This document shows, in pieces, positions 25,697 to 34,600 of a stretch of DNA of 36,142 nucleotides. Below the pieces are notes generated by a model. That model was not told the origin of the DNA. It saw only the letters and a list, made by a program, of their open reading frames with translations, and searched no databases. The stretch is from an uncultured Verrucomicrobiota bacterium. Lineage in GTDB: Bacteria > Verrucomicrobiota > Verrucomicrobiia > Limisphaerales > JAEYXS01. The stretch is taken from assembly GCA_964599715.1 (NCBI GenBank), contig CAZRGY010000002.1:1-36142 (forward strand), written 5' to 3'. The position numbers were made by a program, and so were the translations under genes. Each line of letters begins with the position of its first letter. Position 1 is the stretch's first letter.

Positions 25697-28600
25697 TTAT
25701 TGCTGCCGTGCCCGATAGAACCGCAATCCACTGCCGGCACCTGACGGGTCATTGATAGTGATGATGCCATCCGCACTGGATTGAGTGCTGATCACAACCC
25801 AATCCACCAGGTTGGTTGAGGCTTCCACCACATAAGTCACGCCGGGCATACCAACCAGCGTCATGGAGACATTGCCTCCAGACACGGCGACAGAGCCACC
25901 CGACAACACCACGCCGGTCACCGTAGATACCGTAGTCGCACTGTTGTTGGAGGAGTTTAGTTCGATGTCAGTATGCGTGACAGTAGTCACATTCGTAATG
26001 CTACCCGGCAAATCCGGGGCAATTACGATTGTCGCTTGCAACTGGGAATTGACCGGCAACGAACCGATAGTCCAAATGACAGAACCCACCCCATTGGCGA
26101 CAATAGCACCCTGATCTGGGTCCATCGACACCAGCGTCACATTAGCGGGCAGGCGGTTGCTAACCGTGACTCCGTTGACAGCGTTCGGGCCGCTATTGGT
26201 CACAGTGATGGTGTAAGTCAGGTTGGAACGGGCGGTCACTGGCTCTGGCGAGCGGGTCACACTCAATGCGACATCAGCCGATGGGGCTATCGTGGCCACC
26301 GTGACCAGGCTCAAGCTCCAGCCGCCGATGCTGCCCAAGTTACCTGCCTGATCATCCATGACATACAATTGCCACTGACCGTTGGGATTGGTTCCCACCA
26401 GATCCGCCAACTTGGCCGCATAAGGACCCGCCGGGGCTGGCGCCGCAAACACGTCATTCGTGGACAACGGATCAACCGGTGAGTTCAGGTAGTTGGAAGG
26501 CTTGTAAACGCCATCTGCAATCACTCCGGAGTCCGGCAAGGAAGAAGCAGCATTATCATCCAACGTGATGTTCACCCCGTTGAGGGCAAAGCCACCACCG
26601 ACATCGGACATCAGCAGAACCTTGTTACCGCTCGGGCTGACCAAGAGGATATCGAAGTCATCCGGGAAGGTATGGCTCACGTTACTCAACGTGATGGTGG
26701 CCTTTAAGATGGTCCCAGACACACCGCTCACAGTGATAATTGATGGATATGTCAAGGCAGCGCCGGAATCCACCCCAGTGATGGTGGTCGAGGAGCCAGC
26801 ATTTTTAGTAGCACCCAACTGGTAGGTGAATGTCACCGTTCCCAAGTTGGAAGCACCGTCTTGCAACTGTAGTGTCACGCTCAGGGTATCACCCAGATTG
26901 CCATTAGCTGTGAAGGTGAAGCTCTTCGCCACCCGTGCCCCAGAAGCGATTGCTCCGTAGGTTTGAACTTGCGGACTATTCGTGACCACTCCGCCGGTAG
27001 GCAGCAAGCTCGCGACCAAGTTCGCCGTAGCTGTCGCGCCTTTGTTCACCAACTCCAAGCTTAGAGTCACGGTTTCACCCGGATCAATCGCCCCGTTTGA
27101 AGGCGTGATACTCTCCGCCAGCAAAGAGGAAGCACCCAGATCGATGTCAGCGGACGGGCTCTGGACCGCCACGGCCAAGGTGGCAGTGTTGTTACCAGCC
27201 ACTGGATCAAAGGTGCCACTGGCAGATGCCAAAGCTGTGCTGTTCACCGCTCCGGCTGTATTCGCCGTAACCACAACCTGCATGGTCAGATTGGTACCGG
27301 TCGGCACTGAGCCGAGCGAGAAGACCACAGCTCCAGAGACATTAGCTGCCGTTCCTTGCGCTGGCGTAAAGGATACCAGTGTCACAGAGCTGGGCAGAGG
27401 ATTTGTAACTACCACGCCCGTAGCCGTGGACGGTCCCTTATTGGTCAGAGCGATTGTATAAGTGATATTCGCCCCCACCGTCACCGGATTGGGCGTAGCC
27501 GCCAACGAGACCTGCAGATCCGCTGAATCGGTCACTGCGGTAACAGCCGTCACCGCCACATTATTCGTGGAAACCGCATCCGCCACTGCAGAGGACGCTG
27601 TGACCGTATTAGTCAAGCTACCGGTCGTTGTCGGCGTCACTACGATTGTCAGATTCGCGACCCCATTGACCGCCAAGCTACCCAACGTCGCCGTGACCTG
27701 ACTGCCAGTCCGGGAGACAACACCTTGTGAAGGCAGACCGGACACATAGTCCACTCCCGCTGGCAGGACATCCGTCAGCACCACGCTGGTGGCGGTGGAC
27801 GGCCCCAAGTTCGTCAACGCGATAGTATAGGTCAGGTTATTCCCCAAGGCTACGGTCCCGGCAGGCGAGGTCGTGACCCCGACAGCCAGATCCGCATTGG
27901 CCCCAACCGTCTGCGCAAACACAATCGTGTTGTCACCAAGGAATGGATCGGTCTCGCTGCTGGCGATACCAACCGTTGCCAAGTTAGTAAAGGAACCCGC
28001 TACCGTCGGACGAACAGTGACGTAGTTGGTCACCACTGCGCCATTCGTCATGGTCCCCTGCGCCAAGACCACACGTCCGCTTGGCTGCGTCACCGCACCA
28101 GTCACCGAGTTGCTGGCGCTGATGAAGGTGAAAGCCCCACTGAAGGTGTTCGTGACAAACACACTGGTAGCCGTCGCCGGACCACGATTCGTCACCACCA
28201 AAGCATAGGTCTGATCCTGACCGATTAAGAGCGGACCAGCGGTTTGAGTTCCCGCTATGACCAAGCCAGCCGATGGATTGGCCGGGAACACCGTGGTGAT
28301 GTTCAGCGACCAGCCGTTGGATATCGCACCGAAGTCACCCGTCGTGTCATCACGCACGAAGAGCTTCCATTGCCCGTTAGGATCGATTCCACGGAAAGCC
28401 GACAGGCTTGAGAAGTACGGTCCGACCGGAGCCGGCGGGCCAAACACATCGGCATCTGGTGCCGGGTAGTTAGCCGGGCGATAGCTGCCACCGTTCACGA
28501 TCTGTGCGTCAAAAGGCAACACACTCGCAGCCTGATCGCTGATGGTGAAAGTAACGTTGTTCAATTTCTTGTCATTACCGGCGTCAGACATGACAACCAC

Positions 28601-31600
28601 ACCCTGACCAGTAGGTCCGACCAGCAGCATGTCGATATCCGCCGGATACGTATGAGAGACGTTGCTCAAGGTAAGCGAGACTTGATCCAAGATGCCAACC
28701 AAGCCGGACACAACCAGAGTCGAAGGATAAGGCGTAGCATCGCCCAGTGCATTGATGGTGATCTGATTAGTCGTCCCATTGAGAGTGCTACCACCCAAGC
28801 GATAACGGAGCACACCCGGATCGTAAACAATCCCGCCCGTGTCCGCCAACGGGAAGGTCAATATTAAAGCACCACCGTTGGTGCCTGTGACCCTGAAGTT
28901 GAAGGTCTTCACCGCAGAAGCATTTGGCGCCAGCGAACCGAAGGTCACATTTTGCGGCCCAAGGTTAGTCAACACACCGCCCGTACCCTGCAATGAGCCG
29001 GTAGCAGCGACCGTCGCTTGGTCTCCCAAATTCCGGAAAGTGACATTCACACTGACCTGCTCATTGATGTCAAACGCACCATTAGCCGGCCCTGGGGATT
29101 CGCTGGCAATGGACAGTGATTCCACCGCCAGATAAGGTCCAGGCCCACGCAGACCGGTCACATTGGTGACAGAATTGTTCGCCAGATTCAGGTCATTGGT
29201 CACCGAGGGCAGACCGATAGAAGCCAAGTTCGTGACCGAACGGATAACCCCATTTGTATCAAGGGCATTGATCACAACTTGATAACCCGCTGCTTTGGCC
29301 AGCACCGGCAAATCAAAGATGAGTGTCTTACCGATCGCCGTATAGGTCGGCACACTGACAGACTGCAGCTCGAGCGAGCTGGGGAGCACATTGGTCAACG
29401 TAATGCCGCTGATGTCACTTGGGCCGTAATTGGTGACCAAGACCGTGTAGCTGACCACCGTATTGGTCTTTACCGGATTATTGACAGAGACCAAGACTTC
29501 CAAGTCCGTGGCCAAATCGTTATCATCGATAGTGATGACCGTCTGCTGGTTACCCAATAGGCTCAGGCTCGGGCCGCTCAGGTTGACCAGGAAGGTTTCC
29601 GGACCTTCGATGACAAAGTCATCCTTCACCTGCACTTCGATCACTTTGTTCGTCTCGAACGGACCAAACACAACCACGCCATTGGTCTGCAAGTAGTCGA
29701 GCCCAGCTTGGGCTGTACCGTTCACCGTGGTGTAATCGATGATGAATGTCCGTGTATCCAAGCCGGATCGGGTGACAGTCAACTGCAAGGTCGTTTCGCT
29801 TTCCGTGACGTTGAGTGATGCGGCCGAGAATCCGATGGTCACATCATTATCATCTATGACCACTGTCGCGGTTGTATTACCCAAGGTCGCCCCACCACTC
29901 GGATTGGAAAGGTTCACCGTGAAGGTCTCACCATCATCCTGCAAACCATCGTCCAATGTGGAGATGTTGACGACCTTACGGGTCTCACCATTGGCAAAGG
30001 TCACCAATATATTGGTCGTGGTGTAATCTGAACCGCCAAAAGCAGTTCCATTCACAGTGGTCAGGACGGCTGAAACGATTCCGGAGCTTCCGTTTGTGCG
30101 CACAACCACAATCTGCGCAGGTTGTGATTCCACCACGTTGTATGTATCCAGTTCAAAGGCGATGATACCGGAGCTGAAATCATCATCTATGATATTCAAG
30201 ACGGAATTCGTCACTCCGGGCAAAGCTGAGCCGATAAAGTTCGTCAACTGAAGACCGACTGTCTCAATCCCCTCAACCAGGGTATCATCAAGCACGGGAA
30301 TCAGAACGAGCTTGGTGGAGGAATCACCAGCCGCCCAAGTCACATCATTTGTCACCGGTGTGTAATCCGAGAAAGGAATGGCACTTCCGATTGTGGTCTC
30401 AAGCCGGACTGCCACCGGGTCATTGCTGCCGCCAGTGCGAGTCAGGCTGATGATGGCATTACCACCATTCTCAGCCACCACGTAACTAACTGAACTGAAT
30501 GATATGACGCTCTCATTGTCCACAATGACCACCGGCACATTAGTGCGTGAGGCCAGCAAGGCGCCATCCAATACAGGCGTGCCGCTGACATCATTCGTGG
30601 GGTTTTGCATCTGGATATAGAATACCCGGTTAGCATTGGTAAGCGCAGGCAGGTCATCGATTATCGGCAGACGCAGTTCCTTGGTAGTCTCACCTTCGGC
30701 GAAGTTCAAGGTCGTCAAGGTCCCTGTGTAATGCACTGCATTGGTAGCTGTCCCATCCAGAGTAAGGACATCAACAGAGGTGGCTTTGGCCGTGCCGAGC
30801 AAACGGGAAACTGTGATCCCCACAGTTGCCTCGTTTTCATTAACCAAGAACTGGCTGTTGGCAAACTGGAACACTCCGGAACCTGAATTGGTGCCATTGT
30901 TCAGACGGGCCAAACTCGGGCGGGACTGCCCATCCACCACTTGGAATCCGCCGCCGATCAGAATCTTGTTATCAGGCTGCAGTATCAGCGTGTTGATGAA
31001 GCCATCAGCTCCCGTGCCGAAATTGATGGTCGGATCGATCGCACCGCTGGACAGCAAACGGACAATACGGTTGTGAGGCACCCCGTTGAACTCCGTGAAA
31101 TTACCACCGGCAAAAATCTTTTGGTCCGGCTGGATGGCCAAGGTAAAGACCGAGTCATTAAAGCCGGTGCCAAAACCGGTGAACACCGCCGAGTCGATCG
31201 CACCACTGGGCAGCAATCGCACCATATAGTTGTAAGGCGTGCCATTCACGGTTGTGAAAGCACCGCCTACAACAATCTTGAGGTTCTGCTGCTGGGCCAG
31301 TGCAAAGACCGAGTTGTTGAAACCCGTACCCAAGTTGGCAGCAAAAGAAGTCACCAAGGCACCCGTAGTGCTCAACCGGGCCAGTTTGGCGGCAGCCACA
31401 TCGGAGAAGAGGTTAAACTCACCACCCACCACGATGTCACCATTTTCCAGCAGGAGCATCGCGTTCACCGGACCGTCTGCGCCAGAACCGATGGCGAAGC
31501 TGGTATCAAACGAGCCGTCGGCATTTAAACGGGCCGCGAAATTAGCCGTGTTTCCGTTCACCATGTTGAAGTCACCACCCAGCAAAATCTTGCCGTCTGC

Positions 31601-34600
31601 CTGCAACTGCAGGGTATTCACTGGGGCGTTCGGTCCCTGTCCGATACTGAATGAATTATCGACCGTTCCATCAACATTGAGCCGGGCGATGTTATTGACC
31701 GGCACACCATTGATCGAATCAAACCGTCCACCGACGACAACACGACCGATGTTTGTACCGTTCGTGTAGATAACGATGCTACGAATCGTAGCGTTACCTC
31801 CACCCAGCGTCACAGAACCTGAATCGAAACCGGTAAAAATACTTCCGTCCAAGTTCAATTGCGCTGCATTGGAGCGGCTCAATGAATTAACCGTGCGGAA
31901 ATCACCCACCAAACTGATGCGATTGGTGCCTGGCCAGATGGCTAGCTGATAGACCGGACCATCGGCTGACGGCGTGAACGCCTCATCCAGACTACCGGCT
32001 TTGATTTCGTCATCCAGGATGACACCCACGGCCTGATCCAACGGGGTCACGCCACTGGTGGCGAATATCAAGCCACCTGTCGGATTGGACATCGTGACCA
32101 GAATGGTCTCATCTGCTTCCACGAACGTATCGTTGACCAAGGTGATTTTGTTGGTGACCGGCCCGCCAACACCATCTGCCCAAGTCACCGTTATCGGAGC
32201 CCCCACAAAACCCGTGTAGTCAGCCGGATTGGTCGCGGTCCCAGGGCTCAGCGCAAGATCAACAGAGACTGCGCCGGTCACACCATTCGTGCGCTCCACC
32301 ACAATCTCCATCTCCAGTGCACTTTCAAGTGCTGTAAAGACCGGTTGGCTGAAGACCACAGTGCCCGGCAGAGAGGTCGTGTTCAAGATGCTGACATCAG
32401 TGGTAGGAGTCCCGATGCTTGGTCCATTACCAGGCAAAGGATTGCTCAGCACGATTTGCAGGGTCTCGGTGGGTTCCACCAAGTTATCCGTGAGCGTGGT
32501 GATATCAAAGGTCTGCGCGGTCACCAGATCCGGGAAGGTTAGTGTACCGCTCGCAGCTATGAAATCAGCTCCTACAGTCGCCGTCTGGCCGACCAGCACA
32601 TAATCCACAGTGACCGGCTGATTGGTCGTGCGCCCAGTCAGGTTCACTGTGACCGTAGCCGTATCACCTTCGGTGATCGGCGCGACCGCGCTGACATTGA
32701 ACTGGCCGAAGATAGCAGAGTTGTTGTTAACGATGGTCACGGTAGCGGGATTCGGGAAGCCGATAACAGCCCCACCGGTCGCGTTGGACAATTGGACTTG
32801 GAACGTCTCATTCGTCTCCCCGGCATCATTGTCAGGTAAAATCCTCACATTGATGAACTTCACCCTTTCACCATCCGCAAAGGCTAATGACCCGTTGGTA
32901 TGGATGAAATCGACCCCGGCGGCAGGAGCCACCCCACCGACTGCATCTCCAGTAGTAACAGTATTGTAGGAAACCGAGATCGTACCGGAGCTGCCGTTGG
33001 TCCGGACAACGCCCAAGGTGACCACCGCTCCGTTTTCATCAATCGTATAGCCTGCTTGAACGAACTGCACCACGCCAGGCGCAAAGTCATCATTCAAGAT
33101 CGACACCGTAGTCATCGAGCCGCTCGGCCTCACCGCACCATCACCTGTGATAAGCGTAAGCCCGATAGTGAAACTCTCCGCACCTTCGTCAATCGCATCG
33201 TTGACGATAGGTATCGCGATGGTCTTGTTCGTCTCTCCCGGCTGGAAGGTTAGCACCGTGCTGGTAGCCGTGAAGTCATTACCAGCCACCGCAGTTCCAT
33301 TGGTCGTGACCATACGCACCGTCAAAGTTCCAGTGATACCGCCAGTGCGTCCAATACCAACCAACACTACGCCCGCGGGATCATTTTCATTCACACTAAT
33401 GAGGGTCTTATTGAAGAAGACAAAGCTATCATCATCTACAATGCGCAATTGGGCAACAGACTGATTTCCCAAGCCAAACGGCGGCGCAGCCGTAGGGTTG
33501 CTCAGCAAAAGACTCAACAACTCATCACCTTCAATCACCGTATCTTGATTGATGGTGATGCGAACTTCCTGGAAAGTTTCTGCATTCGGGAAAGCAAGTG
33601 CCTGACCCGCTACTGCCACATAATCTGAAGCATCAGCTTTACCCGCACCTGCAGGTGTCAAATTAGCAGTGTCCATTTGTACTCCGACAGAGCCCGTGGT
33701 TCCGCCCGTGCGCCGTACCAAAATGACGGCGTTGGTCTCACTTTCGCTGACCGTGTACTCCGGCACGGTAAATTCGAGGTAGCCTGGGCCATCAATCACA
33801 CCGCCGAACAGGCGGACCAGATAGTTCCGGGATAATCCGGCAAACTGAGTGAACCCACCGCCCAAAATGATCCGCCCATTCGAGGGCTGGACCAAGATGG
33901 AAGACACGAAGGAATTGGCCCCAGCGCCAAAGTTGATTTTGGGATCGGGCGTGCCATCGCTGTTCAGTCTGGTAACCCGGCTACGAGTGACACCTGAGAA
34001 TCGGGTAAAATCACCGCCGACCAAAATCTTACCATCAGGTTGAATGGCCAACGAGAGCACCGGCTGATCACCACCGACACCCGGATCAAAAGTGGTATCC
34101 AAGGCACCATCAGCCAGCAAACGGGCAATAAAGGGCCGTGATGTGCTGCCCACTTGCAAGAAATTACCGCCAACCACAATCCCACCGTCACTTTGCACCG
34201 CGATGGCACGAACAGTGCCATCAAGTTTATTAGCCGTGGAAAAGCTGGTGTCCAGAGAACCATCGCTGTTCAAACGGGCAAGATAAGGATAGTTCGTGTT
34301 TTGATTCACCGCGGTGAATTCACCGCCGATCAAAACTTTGCCATTCGGCAATATGGCCACAGCATACACCGTCCCATTAGGGCCAGTCCCGGTGCTGAAA
34401 GTGGTATCCACGGTGCCATTAGTGTCCAACCGGGCTACACCCGGGCGGTTAAAGCCACCAACGGAGGAGAACTCACCCACCACCACCATCTTACCATAAT
34501 GCGCTGAATCAGAATGCAAACCAATGGCATAGATCGGATTGTCCGCACCTACGCCTGGGTCAAATGAAAGATCAAGCACGCCATTTACATTCAAACGCGC